64,000 nt of DNA from an uncultured Candidatus Binatia bacterium (GTDB lineage: Bacteria; Desulfobacterota; Binatia; UBA9968; JAJDTQ01). Location: NCBI GenBank assembly GCA_965213675.1, contig OZ243916.1:3488001-3552000 (forward strand). Reading direction: 5' to 3'. Of the stretch, positions 1 to 9,966 are shown piece by piece. How positions within the stretch are numbered: position 1 is the stretch's first letter; each line of letters opens with the position of its first letter. A program made the position numbers and the translations under genes. The notes under the pieces were generated by a model. That model worked only from the letters and a program-made list of their open reading frames with translations, searched no databases and had not been told where the DNA came from.

Positions 1-1099
1 GGACAAGGACGGCAAGAACACCTACGCCGTGGTTCAGGCCGAGGACGAGATCGCCGCCACCAACATGGTGGCCGGGGCCGGCTGGATGGGCGCACGGGCC
101 ATGACCTCCACCTCGGGGCCGGGCGTCTCGCTCATGAACGAGACCCTCGGCCTGCAGTATTTCGCCGAGATTCCCGGCGTCTACTTCATCATTCAGCGCG
201 GCGGCCCCTCCACCGGGCTGCCCACGCGCACCCAGCAGGCCGACATCCAGTTGATGCACGTGGCCTCCCACGGCGACACGCGCCACATCATCCTCATACC
301 CCACGACATGAAGTCCAGCTTCGACCTGGCGCGCAAGAGCTTCGACGTGGCTGAACGCTTCCAGACCCCGGTGTTCGTCATGATGGATCTGGATCTGGGC
401 ATGAACCTCTGGGGTTCGGATCCGCTGGAGCTGGTGCAGGAGCCCTTCGACCGCGGCAAGGTCCTCAGCCAGGAGGACCTTGAGCAGCAGGGGAGCTTCG
501 CGCGCTACCTGGACGTGGACGGCGACGGAATTCCGCAACGGACGATTCCGGGCAACCGCCATCCCAAGGCCCCGTACTTCGCCCGGGGCTCGGGTCATGA
601 CTCCCACGCGCGCTACTCGGAGGACGAGAAGGACTACAAGGACACGCTGGACCGGCTGCGGCAGAAGTACGAGACCGCGCGCGCCTACGTCCCCAAGCCG
701 TGGGTGGAGTGCGACGCGGATACCAGCACCGGGGTAATTTGCTTCGGGTCGAGCGCCGAGGCCGTGCGCGAGGCGCGTGACCGCTTGCGGGCCTCCGGCG
801 TGGACACCAATTACCTGCTGCTGCGGGCGTTGCCCCTGACCGAGGAAGTACGGGAGTTCGTGGATGCCCACGAGGTGATCTATCTCATGGAGCAGAACCG
901 CGACGGGCAGATGGCCGCCATTTTCAGGGAGGAATATCCGGGGCTCGCCACCCGGATCGTCAGCGTTCTCATCTACGACGGGCTCCCGGCCACCGCGGGC
1001 GAGATCGTCCGGCAGATCGAGCAACATCGTGAAGAGATCAGCGAAACAATCGAACCGAAGGTAGACGAAACATGGCAAAAACAAATCGCGTCGATCTGA
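1..1099 (+). CDS. 2-oxoacid:ferredoxin oxidoreductase alpha subunit (5'-truncated by window edge)
   Basis: QAEDEIAA, TSTSGPG and QRGGPSTGLPT motifs; frame is open to the window start; overlaps the beta subunit. Confidence 0.92.
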   Translation, partial: DKDGKNTYAVVQAEDEIAATNMVAGAGWMGARAMTSTSGPGVSLMNETLGLQYFAEIPGVYFIIQRGGPSTGLPTRTQQADIQLMHVASHGDTRHIILIPHDMKSSFDLARKSFDVAERFQTPVFVMMDLDLGMNLWGSDPLELVQEPFDRGKVLSQEDLEQQGSFARYLDVDGDGIPQRTIPGNRHPKAPYFARGSGHDSHARYSEDEKDYKDTLDRLRQKYETARAYVPKPWVECDADTSTGVICFGSSAEAVREARDRLRASGVDTNYLLLRALPLTEEVREFVDAHEVIYLMEQNRDGQMAAIFREEYPGLATRIVSVLIYDGLPATAGEIVRQIEQHREEISETIEPKVDETWQKQIASI

Positions 1100-2094
1100 C
1101 CGAGCGGGACTACAAGGGGGCGGAATCCACCATGTGCCGCGGCTGCGGCCATGACGCCATTTCCGCGTCCATCATGCGCGCATTCTTCGCCAGCAGCGTG
1201 GACCCGCGCAACGTCATCAAGATGAGCGGCATCGGCTGCTCGTCCAAGACGCCCAACTACTTCATGAACCAGGCCTTCGGCATCAACGCGGTGCACGGCC
1301 GCATGGCCTCGGTGGCCACCGGAGCCAACGTCGGCAACCACACCATGATTCCGCTGGGGATCTCCGGCGACGGCGACACTTCCGCCATCGGGCTCGGCAA
1401 CTTCTGCCACATGATGCGCCGCAACGTAAACATCACCTACGTCATCGAGAACAACGGCGTGTACGGACTGACCAAGGGCCAGTTCTCCGCCACCGCGGAC
1501 GAGGGCACGGTGATGAAGGGCGGCAAGATCAACGACATGCCCGCCATCGACCTGTGCGAGCTGGCCATCACCCTGGGCGCCACCTACGTGGCCCGGAGCT
1601 TTTCCGGCGACCGCAAGCAACTCGCGCCGCTGATCCAGGGCGCGGTCGCGCACAAGGGCAGCGCCATCCTCGACGTGCTCAGCCCCTGCGTCACCTTCAA
1701 CGACCATTCCGGCTCCACCAAGAGCCTCAAGTACATCCGCGACCACCTCGACCCGCTTCACGACATCGACTTCATCCCGCCCTATGAGAACATCGAGGTG
1801 GACTACCAGGAAGGGACCGACCAGGAAGTCACCATGCACGACGGGTCGCGCATCACGCTTCACAAGCTCGGTCGCGACTACGACCCCACCAACCGGATGC
1901 AGGCGGCCAACGCGCTGCACGCCGCGGTGGCCGAGCACAAGTTCCTCACCGGGCTCATCTACCTCAACGAGGAGCGCGCCGAGTTCGTCGACGACCTCAA
2001 TCTATCCGACACGCCGCTGGCCTACCTGACCCAGGAGCAGGTGCAGCCGCCGGCGAGCCGGCTCGACGAGATCAACGCGCAGTTGAGGAAATAG
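1072..2094 (+). CDS. 2-oxoacid:ferredoxin oxidoreductase beta subunit
   Basis: CRGCGH, SGIGCSS, HGR and the TPP-binding GDGD...NNGVYGLTKGQ motifs. Confidence 0.93.
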   Translation: MAKTNRVDLTERDYKGAESTMCRGCGHDAISASIMRAFFASSVDPRNVIKMSGIGCSSKTPNYFMNQAFGINAVHGRMASVATGANVGNHTMIPLGISGDGDTSAIGLGNFCHMMRRNVNITYVIENNGVYGLTKGQFSATADEGTVMKGGKINDMPAIDLCELAITLGATYVARSFSGDRKQLAPLIQGAVAHKGSAILDVLSPCVTFNDHSGSTKSLKYIRDHLDPLHDIDFIPPYENIEVDYQEGTDQEVTMHDGSRITLHKLGRDYDPTNRMQAANALHAAVAEHKFLTGLIYLNEERAEFVDDLNLSDTPLAYLTQEQVQPPASRLDEINAQLRK

Positions 2095-2117
2095 CAACGC
2101 CACGGGCGCCCAAACCC

Positions 2118-2825
2118 ATGCCTGCCCGTGAAGCGCTGATCGTCCACACCTCGGACCTGCATCTGGGGGCCGACAGCATCCTGACCGACGAAGACTCGGC
2201 CAACGTGCCGGTGCTGCGGCAGGTGCTCTCCACCGCCAGGACGCACCAAGCCGACCTTCTGATTCTCGCCGGGGACACCTTCGATCACAATCGCCAGAAG
2301 GCCCCGGTCATCGAGGAAGTGGCGGAGGTCATGGCCGAATCCGGCCTGCCCATCGTCATCCTGCCCGGCAACCACGACCCCCTGACTCCAGACTCGGTCT
2401 ACCGCAGGAGCGAGTTCAACCACTCCGGCAACGTGCACGTGCTCGGCCTCACCGCCGAACGGAGCGACTTTCCCCACCTCGACCTCGAAGTGTGGGGCCG
2501 CCCCCATGTGGACTACCTCGACATGGCGCCGCTGCCCGAGCCGCCCGAGCGCCGCAGCCGCTGGCAGTTGGCCGTGGCCCACGGCCACTATGTGGAGGAC
2601 AAGCCCGATTCGGACATCCTCCTGGGCTCCTGGCTCATCCGCCAGGAAAACCTCACCACCAGCCGCGCCGACTACGTCGCCCTCGGCCACTGGAACCGCG
2701 CCGTCGCCGTCGGCGACCAGCAAATCCCCGCCTACTACTCCGGCTCCCCCACCTACGCCGGCACAATCAACGCCATCCGCCTCCAGAGCGACGGCCGGGT
2801 GGTGGTGACGCAGATTCCGGTGTGA
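2118..2825 (+). CDS. Metallophosphoesterase, SbcD/Mre11-like nuclease domain
   Basis: HTSDLHLG, AGDTFD, PGNHD and ALGHW motifs. Confidence 0.85.
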   Translation: MPAREALIVHTSDLHLGADSILTDEDSANVPVLRQVLSTARTHQADLLILAGDTFDHNRQKAPVIEEVAEVMAESGLPIVILPGNHDPLTPDSVYRRSEFNHSGNVHVLGLTAERSDFPHLDLEVWGRPHVDYLDMAPLPEPPERRSRWQLAVAHGHYVEDKPDSDILLGSWLIRQENLTTSRADYVALGHWNRAVAVGDQQIPAYYSGSPTYAGTINAIRLQSDGRVVVTQIPV

Positions 2826-3001
2826 CGCCCGGTGCGACGGGCGGCCCTTGAACGACGGCGTACGCTACACGTTTGGCGAACCCACAACCGGTTGTTGAGG
2901 GAAAGTACTGGCGGACGATAGGCCCATCCACATTCTCGGAGTATTCCACGGTGCGCTGGAGATGGATCGGTACCTTCCGTGAGTTCACGATGGAACGGAC
3001 C

Positions 3002-3997
3002 TCAGTGGCGATGCTGGCGCTTTTTCTGGAGCCCGCCGTGCCCCATGCGCAGGATGTCCTCGCGGGTGACACGGGTTCCGGCCAGAAGCTTGGGCAGCAT
3101 GAAGTCGAAGGCCGTGACCGGGTCGTGGAGGACGCAGCCGGAGAGGCCCAGGACCGGGATTTCTCCCAGGTAGCTCATCAGGAACATGGAGCCCGGCAGC
3201 ACGGGGAACCCGTGTGAGATGACGTCGGCGCCGCTCCGGCGGATGCCCTCGGGGGTGAGGTCGTCGGGGTCCACGGACATGCCGCCGCTCACCAGGATCA
3301 CGTCGGCGCCGTTGGCGGCGAAGTCCTTGATATGGCCGGCGATGACGTCAGGGTCGTCGGGCGCCAGGGTGGCGGGTTCCAGGGTCGAGCCCATGCCTTC
3401 CACCTTTTCCCGCACCGCCGGCTCGAAGCCGTCCTTGATGCGGCCGGTGAAGACCTCGCTCCCGGTCACCAGTAAATTGACTTTCTTCGCCGGAACGGTG
3501 GCCACCGAGACGATGGAGCGGTTCCGGCACAACGTCTCGGCCCGCGCCACCAGGTCTTCCTTCACCAGGATCGGGATGGTACGGGTCCCGCCCACCACGG
3601 TGCCTTCCCGGACGAACTCGCCGGAGGAGAGGGTGGCCAGAATGAGGTCGCCCAACTCGTTGAAACGGAACAGCAACTCCTCGTCCACCTCCAGAATGCC
3701 GTCGTGGGCCGCCACCAGATTCACCCGGCCTTCGCTCGGGTCGGTCAGTGTGAGACCGTCCCCGGCCGCGGCTTTCGCCAGCCGTTTGGCCGCGTCCTCC
3801 TCGTGCAACTCGTCCGGCGCCAAGTCCATGATGTAGATGTGCGCCTTGCCCACGTCCAGCAACCGCGGCACGTCCTCCTCGGCGATGAGATGCCCGCGCC
3901 TGAACCGCGGCCCCTTGTGACCGCCCGGAATGATCTCGGTGATGTCGTGGGCCAGTCTCAGGCCCACCGCCTCTTCAACTGGAATGACCTTTAGCAT
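3002..3997 (-). CDS. Molybdopterin-binding protein (MoeA/MogA-like)
   Basis: LAHDITEIIPG, TGSEV, SGGMSVDPDDLTP and PVLPG motifs; purine-rich SD upstream of ATG 3997. Confidence 0.85.
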   Translation of the reverse strand: MLKVIPVEEAVGLRLAHDITEIIPGGHKGPRFRRGHLIAEEDVPRLLDVGKAHIYIMDLAPDELHEEDAAKRLAKAAAGDGLTLTDPSEGRVNLVAAHDGILEVDEELLFRFNELGDLILATLSSGEFVREGTVVGGTRTIPILVKEDLVARAETLCRNRSIVSVATVPAKKVNLLVTGSEVFTGRIKDGFEPAVREKVEGMGSTLEPATLAPDDPDVIAGHIKDFAANGADVILVSGGMSVDPDDLTPEGIRRSGADVISHGFPVLPGSMFLMSYLGEIPVLGLSGCVLHDPVTAFDFMLPKLLAGTRVTREDILRMGHGGLQKKRQHRH

Positions 3998-4139
3998 TCG
4001 ATGCCTCTCCCTCAACTGCCTCTTCCGCCAACAATCCTTCGTTGATACGAAAACCTGGCTCTGTAATTCAGGATGTTACAAACCTGCATCTCCGGTCGCC
4101 ATTCCATTGCCATATCAATGACGGATTTGGAGCGCGCTG

Positions 4140-5225
4140 CTAATCCCGAATATCCTGCGTGAACCACTCCCTGGGAATCTCCCTGCCGGCGCCCAACTCC
4201 CGTGCCTTGCGCACCACGTAGCCGGCCACGGAAGCGAACTGCAAGCCCTGGGTGCCATCGTTCAGAAAGAACGTCACGTCCGATTCGCTGGTGCGGCCCG
4301 GGACCGTCCCAGCCATGAGATCCGTCAACAGCGGGTGTTTGCCCGAGAACAGGTCCACGCCGGGGTTCACGATGCGCGTGGTCTCGTCGTCGGTGCCGGC
4401 CACGTAGGAGGCGTATCCGGCAATGCGCTGCATGCCTTCGTCCAACGTGTGGATGGTGCCGCGGCCGAGCTTCACGGTCACGTCGCAGCGGTCCAGGATG
4501 CCGGGATCCCATTCGTTGCTGCGGACGCAGGTGACGAAGGCGCCGTCCTCCACCCAGCCCGGATTCTCCACCACCACCCGCACCGAGTCGGTGCAGGTGG
4601 CCACCATGTCCGACCCCCGCACCACCTCCTCCACGTTGTCCCGCGCCGTCACTGGCACCCCCAGCATTTCGCTCATCCTCTTCGCATAGCTCTCGCGGTT
4701 GGCCGGTGTCGGGCTGTAGACCTTGACCTCGGAGAGCTTGCGCACTTCGGCAAACGCCCGCAGGTAGGTCTCGGCCATCCCGCCCGAGCCCAGCATCCCC
4801 ACCACCGAGGCGTCCTCCCGCGCCAGGTAGCGGGCCGCCAGACCGGCGCAGGCGCCTACGCGCATGTGCTGGATGATGCCGTCATTGATGATGGCCAGGG
4901 GCTCGGCGCTGCGCGCGGAAAAGACCATCACCAGGCCACAATAGGTGCCGGGCTCCATGCAGTACTTCTCCACCGTGCCCCCCTCGGGCCACTCCAGCAT
5001 GTCCGACTTCATGCGGATGGCGAACACGCCGAAGGAGCGCGACGCCCCTTCCATGGTGCCCCAACGGTACATGCGCTCAGGCTCTTCCTGGGGCACATAG
5101 AGATCAATGCGCGGACGGTAAACGGCCCGCTGCGCCAGCAGATCGCGGTAGCCGGTTTCCAGGGCGTCGATGCAGCCCTTCATGTCGAGGATTTCGTCAA
5201 CGGTTTCGTTGTTGATGAGCAGCAT
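4140..5225 (-). CDS. Ornithine cyclodeaminase/mu-crystallin family protein
   Basis: MRVGA, GSGGMA Rossmann loop, VYSPT, GLQFA; SD AAGGA upstream of 5225. Confidence 0.85.
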   Translation of the reverse strand: MLLINNETVDEILDMKGCIDALETGYRDLLAQRAVYRPRIDLYVPQEEPERMYRWGTMEGASRSFGVFAIRMKSDMLEWPEGGTVEKYCMEPGTYCGLVMVFSARSAEPLAIINDGIIQHMRVGACAGLAARYLAREDASVVGMLGSGGMAETYLRAFAEVRKLSEVKVYSPTPANRESYAKRMSEMLGVPVTARDNVEEVVRGSDMVATCTDSVRVVVENPGWVEDGAFVTCVRSNEWDPGILDRCDVTVKLGRGTIHTLDEGMQRIAGYASYVAGTDDETTRIVNPGVDLFSGKHPLLTDLMAGTVPGRTSESDVTFFLNDGTQGLQFASVAGYVVRKARELGAGREIPREWFTQDIRD

Positions 5226-5360
5226 GGCGATGTCCTTGTGATTCGCGCGCTCGTCCACGGGACACGCGCGCCGTGGATTGGCGTCTACACGGGCGTGCCT
5301 GGCGTCTTCCTCGCGTGGCGTCCAGCACCGCGGGCCATCGTGCCGCGCAACCGCGGCCCG

Positions 5361-6374
5361 TCAACCCCCCAGTGTAATCATCTCTATCTTGTCGTGTGTT
5401 CCGGGGTCGTATCCGTCGGGCGACTGGATCGCGTTGAGCCGTTCGGCCGAGAACCGGTCGGTGCGGCCGGACCAGACAGCCGCCATCCAGTCGCGGAGTT
5501 CCTCGTCGCCAGCCCCGCTCCGGAGCCGCGCCTTGAGGTCGTGACCGGTGCGGGAAAAGAGGCAGGTAACGAGACGGCCGTCCGCGGTGAGGCGCCCTCG
5601 GCTGCAAGTGCCGCAGAACGGTTCGGTCACCGACGCGACGATACCCACGGTGCCCGCGCCGTCGCGGAAGGCGTAGTCCACCGCCGGCGCGTTGCCTTCG
5701 GCCCGGCCGGCGGGCTCCAGCGGATAGCGCGCGCCGATGCGCTCCAGGATCTCGGCCTTCGGCACGGTCCGCTCCAGCCGCCAGGCGTTGGCTGTGCCTA
5801 CGTCCATGTACTCGATGAAGCGCATGACGAAGCCATGCTCCCGCCCGAACTCCACCAGCGGGAGAATGTCCTCCTCGTTGACCCCGCGCTCGATGACCGC
5901 GTTGATCTTGATGGGGGTCAGCCCGGTGTCCCGGGCCGCGAACAGCCCCTTCAGAACCTCATCCAGGTCGCCCCGCTTGGTGACGCGCCGAAACCGCTCC
6001 GGGTCCAGGCTGTCTATGCTCACGTTGATGCGCCGCAGCCCGGCCGCCCGCAACGCCGCGGCCATGCCGCGCAGGCGCGACCCATTGGTGGTGAGGGCAA
6101 TGTCCTCAATGCCCGCGATCCCCGAGATCTGCCGCACCAAGTCCGGCAGGTCCCGCCGCACCAGCGGCTCGCCCCCGGTCAGGCGGATCTTGCGCACCCC
6201 CAAGGGCACCGCCAGCCGCACCACCCGGCAGATCTCCTCGTAGGTAAGGATCTCCCGCTTGTCGATCCAGTCGTAGTGGTCGAACGGCATGCAGTAGGTG
6301 CAACGGAAGTTGCACCGATCCGTCACCGAGATCCGCAAGTCCCGCAAGGGACGATGAAATTGGTCCGTCAACAC
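5361..6374 (-). CDS. moaA: GTP 3',8-cyclase (radical SAM)
   Basis: LRISVTDRCNFRCTYCMP, RLTGGEPL, FCGTCSRGRLTADG, C-terminal GG. Confidence 0.96.
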   Translation of the reverse strand: MLTDQFHRPLRDLRISVTDRCNFRCTYCMPFDHYDWIDKREILTYEEICRVVRLAVPLGVRKIRLTGGEPLVRRDLPDLVRQISGIAGIEDIALTTNGSRLRGMAAALRAAGLRRINVSIDSLDPERFRRVTKRGDLDEVLKGLFAARDTGLTPIKINAVIERGVNEEDILPLVEFGREHGFVMRFIEYMDVGTANAWRLERTVPKAEILERIGARYPLEPAGRAEGNAPAVDYAFRDGAGTVGIVASVTEPFCGTCSRGRLTADGRLVTCLFSRTGHDLKARLRSGAGDEELRDWMAAVWSGRTDRFSAERLNAIQSPDGYDPGTHDKIEMITLGG

Positions 6375-6792
6375 GACAAGTCAATATGGAACCGGGGATG
6401 CGTCAAGTCAAGGAAACCCGCTCCCGGCGCGAACGGGTGCGTGCGCCGGATTTGGCCCCAATGATAGACCGAAGTCATTTCAGCGCTGCGACGAACTCGG
6501 CGTGTCCGCTGGCGTCCAGGCCCTTCTGCAACTCAGCCATGACGGTCATCATGTCGCCGGCCACCCGTTTCGCGGGCTTGCTTGTTCGACATGGTTGCTT
6601 CCACGCACAGCACTCCCGGCAAGGATAGACGCAAACGAAATGCCAGTCGAGAGCCGCAGGACGCCGTTCGTCTGCCAGGAATCACCGGCTATTTCGCGAA
6701 TCGGCAGGGATGGTCCTGGACCATGGGCGACGCTCATTGCGCGACGCTCTCTCAGCCAGTATGGTTGACCCCAATGCTGCATAAGCTGGGAA

Positions 6793-6850
6793 CTGGCGCC
6801 GTAGGAATTCACGATAGCGGATTTGCAGCCGTAAATTCCTACGGCGCCAG
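6793..6850. repeat. Perfect 17-bp inverted repeat
   Basis: ctggcgccgtaggaatt (6793-6809) and aattcctacggcgccag (6834-6850). Confidence 0.85.
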
Positions 6851-7023
6851 CTGCTGGGAGAGGACCGGAAGAGAAGCGGGATGGGGTCAGTAGGGGAAGC
6901 ACAGGGGGTGCCCCGGATCGCTCTTTACCAACGTTTCCTGCAACGTCGGAGTCGAGTCTGGCCGCCAGTGGCGCGCGCAGTGTCGACGGTCGCCGTTTCG
7001 TTACTTCCTGAAAGGAGTCATTC

Positions 7024-7743
7024 ATGGCCAATACGTGGGACGATATTCTGACCGAACGCGACAAGGAAGTGTTCGCGCTGTCGGGCTATGGCGCCAAGGC
7101 GGGTTTCGGCTCGCGTCCGGCGGTGCTGGTGATCGACGTGAACTACAACTTCGTGGGTGACCGGCGGGAGCCCATCGTGGAGTCGGTCAAGCGTTTTCGC
7201 AACAGTTGCGGCGAGGAGGGTTGGGTCGGCGTGGACCACATCGCCATGCTGCTGGAGGAAGCGAGGAAGAAGCACTTGCCGATCTTCTTCACCACGGGCC
7301 ATGGCGAGGAGGACTCCGTGGCTTTCGGCCGCTGGCACGGCAAGAACTCGCGTGGCACCGAGGACTTCGACGATCTGGCCAAGAAGGGTAATGACATCGT
7401 CAAGGAGATCGCGCCCGTGAAGGGCGAGGTGGTGGTGCGCAAGCAGAAGCCCAGTGCCTTTTTCGGCACCCCGCTCATGAGCATGCTGAATGAAGTGCAC
7501 GCCGACACCGTGCTGGTGACCGGGACCACCACGAGCGGCTGCGTGCGCGCGTCGGTCATCGACGCGTTTTCGTTCAACTACAACGTCGCGGTGGTGGAGG
7601 AATGCACCTTCGACCGGGGTCAGGCGTCGCACAAGGTCAATCTCTTCGACATGCACATGAAGTACGCCGACGTCGTCTCGCTGGAGGCGACGGTCGACTA
7701 CGTCCGGGGCCTGCCCGACAATCTGTACGCGCCGGCTCTTTAG
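7024..7743 (+). CDS. Isochorismatase-family cysteine hydrolase
   Basis: PAVLVID, KQKPSAFFGT, GTTTSGCVRASVIDA; SD AAAGGAG. Confidence 0.9.
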   Translation: MANTWDDILTERDKEVFALSGYGAKAGFGSRPAVLVIDVNYNFVGDRREPIVESVKRFRNSCGEEGWVGVDHIAMLLEEARKKHLPIFFTTGHGEEDSVAFGRWHGKNSRGTEDFDDLAKKGNDIVKEIAPVKGEVVVRKQKPSAFFGTPLMSMLNEVHADTVLVTGTTTSGCVRASVIDAFSFNYNVAVVEECTFDRGQASHKVNLFDMHMKYADVVSLEATVDYVRGLPDNLYAPAL

Positions 7744-7749
7744 GAGCCT

Positions 7750-7788
7750 GTCCGTGCAGGGGCGACCATCGCTCGCCCCTGCACGGAC
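7750..7788 (+). terminator. 16-bp perfect hairpin (terminator-like or REP-like)
   Basis: gtccgtgcaggggcga-ccatcgc-tcgcccctgcacggac directly after the stop codon; no strong U-tract. Confidence 0.55.
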
Positions 7789-7814
7789 CATTCTTCGCGC
7801 GGGACAGCCGTTTC

Positions 7815-8732
7815 ATGAGCGAGATCGCACGATACATTGACGGGTTCGGCGGCTACCTGCGGGACCAGGCGCGGTTCTCTCCGCATTCGGTGAAGGGCTA
7901 TCTCACCGATGTGGAGGGTTTTCGGCAGTACCTGGAAGAGAACGGCATGGATGTCGCCAGCGACGGCGACACCGCCTTGCGCTCGGTGAACGCCCGCTGG
8001 ATCCGGGGCTACCTCAAGACTCTGTACGACACCCGCAAGAAGAGCACCATCGGACGCAAGCTTGCGGCGCTGAAGGGGTTTTTTCGCTATCTCCTGCGCG
8101 AGGGCGTCATCCACCGGGACCCGCTGGTGGGGTTCTCCAACCCCAAGCAGGAAGCGCCGCTGGTGACGTTTCTGTCCGTGGACGAGGCGTTCCGGGTGCT
8201 GGGCTGTTTGCCCGACGAGGGCATCCTCCCGGCCCGTGACCGCGCCGTCATGGAGGTGCTGTACTCGTCCGGCGTCCGGGTGAGCGAGTTGGTGGGGATC
8301 GACTGGCGCGACGTGGACTTCACCCTCGGCGTGCTCAAGGTTTTCGGCAAGGGGTCCAAGGAGCGCATCGTGCCGGTGGGGGAGGTGGCGCTCAAGGCCC
8401 TGCGCGACTACGCGGAACACCAGCGGGCGCGCTGGGAGCGCACCGCGCGCGGCGAGGAGCCGGTCTTTCTGAACCGGCTCGGCAACCGGATCACCACCCG
8501 GAGCGTCGCCCGCATCGTGGAGAAGTACCTGCGGCTGGCCGGAATCCCCGTGCGCATGGGGCCCCACGGCCTGCGCCACACCTTCGCCACGCACCTCTTG
8601 AACGCCGGCGCCGACCTGCGCTCGATCCAGGAACTGCTGGGCCACGTGAGCCTGTCCACCACGCAACGCTACACCCACGTCAACCTCGACCAGCTCACCG
8701 CGGTCTACGACCGCGCACATCCCAGGGCGTGA
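7815..8732 (+). CDS. xerC: Tyrosine recombinase XerC
   Basis: GVRVSEL, GKGSKER, HGLRHTFATHLL, LLGHVSLSTTQRY; located upstream of hslVU. Confidence 0.9.
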   Translation: MSEIARYIDGFGGYLRDQARFSPHSVKGYLTDVEGFRQYLEENGMDVASDGDTALRSVNARWIRGYLKTLYDTRKKSTIGRKLAALKGFFRYLLREGVIHRDPLVGFSNPKQEAPLVTFLSVDEAFRVLGCLPDEGILPARDRAVMEVLYSSGVRVSELVGIDWRDVDFTLGVLKVFGKGSKERIVPVGEVALKALRDYAEHQRARWERTARGEEPVFLNRLGNRITTRSVARIVEKYLRLAGIPVRMGPHGLRHTFATHLLNAGADLRSIQELLGHVSLSTTQRYTHVNLDQLTAVYDRAHPRA

Positions 8733-8990
8733 CCGGCGGCTCGTGTACGCTCGCGACGAACCGTGACGGCCTGCGCCGCCTCTTTGTGGATCGTCGGCTC
8801 CACCCCGGATCGCCGGACCGACACCGCCGCGTGTGCGACCCGTTTGCGAAGTGGCGGGTCAGGCGGGCGCGGCGTCGCGTGCGCGGCGGTCCCAGGGCCT
8901 GCGAAGTCGGCGGATTCGTGTTAGACTCGGGGTTCTTGAGTGCGCAAGTTGCCGTGTCTGCCAGCAAATCGGGCACGGACCCTCGCGAGA

Positions 8991-9163
8991 GTTTCCATCA
9001 AAGGTTCCCATCGAAGGCTTCCATCGAAGAGAGTTCCCATCGAATCTTTCGAGTGTCCATCGAGAGTCCAGCGAAATTTCCGAGTGTCCATCGAAGACTC
9101 CTGTTGTGAAAGTGCTCGATTGACGATCTTCATTGACGATCATTGAACGATTCATTGAACGAT
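8991..9163 (+). repeat. Degenerate tandem repeats upstream of hslV
   Basis: About 7 copies of a ccatcgaa core (first three at 13-bp period), then 4 copies of (c/g)attga(a)cgat running into the hslV ATG. Confidence 0.75.
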
Positions 9164-9692
9164 GTTTCACGGAACTACCATTCTCGCCGTGCGCCACCAG
9201 GGCAGGATCGTGGTCGCGGGCGACGGTCAGGTGAGCCTCGGCGATACGGCGCTGAAGCACACCGCGCGCAAGGTCCGGAAGCTCTACGGCGACCGGATCA
9301 TCGCCGGGTTCGCCGGCGCCACCGCGGACGCGTTCACCCTGTTCGAGAAGTTCGAGGGAAAGCTCGAGCAGCATGGCGGCGTGTTCCGGCGCGCGGCCGT
9401 GGAACTGGCCAAGGAGTGGCGCACGGATCGAATGTTGCGCCGGCTGGAAGCGCTGATGATCGTGGCGGACGTCGAGGCCTCGCTCCTGGTGTCGGGCAAC
9501 GGCGATGTGCTGGAGCCCGACGACGGAGTGATCGCCGTCGGCTCGGGCGGGAACTACGCGCTGGCGGCCGCGCGTGCACTCGTGCAACACAGCGCTCTGG
9601 ATGCCCGTTCCATCGCCGAGGAGGCCATGAAGGTGGCCGCGACCATTTGCATCTATACCAACGGCAACCTGACCCTTGAGGAATTACCCTGA
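9162..9692 (+). CDS. hslV: ATP-dependent protease subunit HslV
   Basis: [36 protein letters not shown]. Confidence 0.97.
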   Translation: MFHGTTILAVRHQGRIVVAGDGQVSLGDTALKHTARKVRKLYGDRIIAGFAGATADAFTLFEKFEGKLEQHGGVFRRAAVELAKEWRTDRMLRRLEALMIVADVEASLLVSGNGDVLEPDDGVIAVGSGGNYALAAARALVQHSALDARSIAEEAMKVAATICIYTNGNLTLEELP

Positions 9693-9831
9693 GCCAGCGC
9701 CGCGTCCGTTGGTTTCCTGTAATGACTTGCAGGGGCCACCGGCAGTCGCTGTGACAGCTTTCACGCGGGGAAGACCCCGGGGTCAAGTCCGGGGTGACGG
9801 AACGCCGCCCACGGCAGACCGCATTGGCAGA

Positions 9832-9887
9832 TGATCGCAGGACAGTGACGGCAGGACAATGATCGCAGACGGATGACCGCAGAAATT
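9832..9887 (+). repeat. 4 x 14-bp degenerate tandem repeat
   Basis: tgatcgcaggacag / tgacggcaggacaa / tgatcgcagacgga / tgaccgcagaaatt. Confidence 0.7.
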
Positions 9888-9966
9888 TGCGGGACACGAC
9901 CTCAGGCCCCTCGGGGACACCGCCGCGGCGTGGTCCGGGTGGTCGGTTTTCTCCAAGACGGATCCC

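Noticed and set aside
7815-8732. Prophage or island integrase
   Set aside because: Length, motifs and position before hslVU fit housekeeping XerC; no phage genes are nearby.
8991-9163. CRISPR array
   Set aside because: Units are 10-14 bp, degenerate and essentially contiguous, with no unique 30-40 bp spacers. No array was seen near the cas5 stub either.
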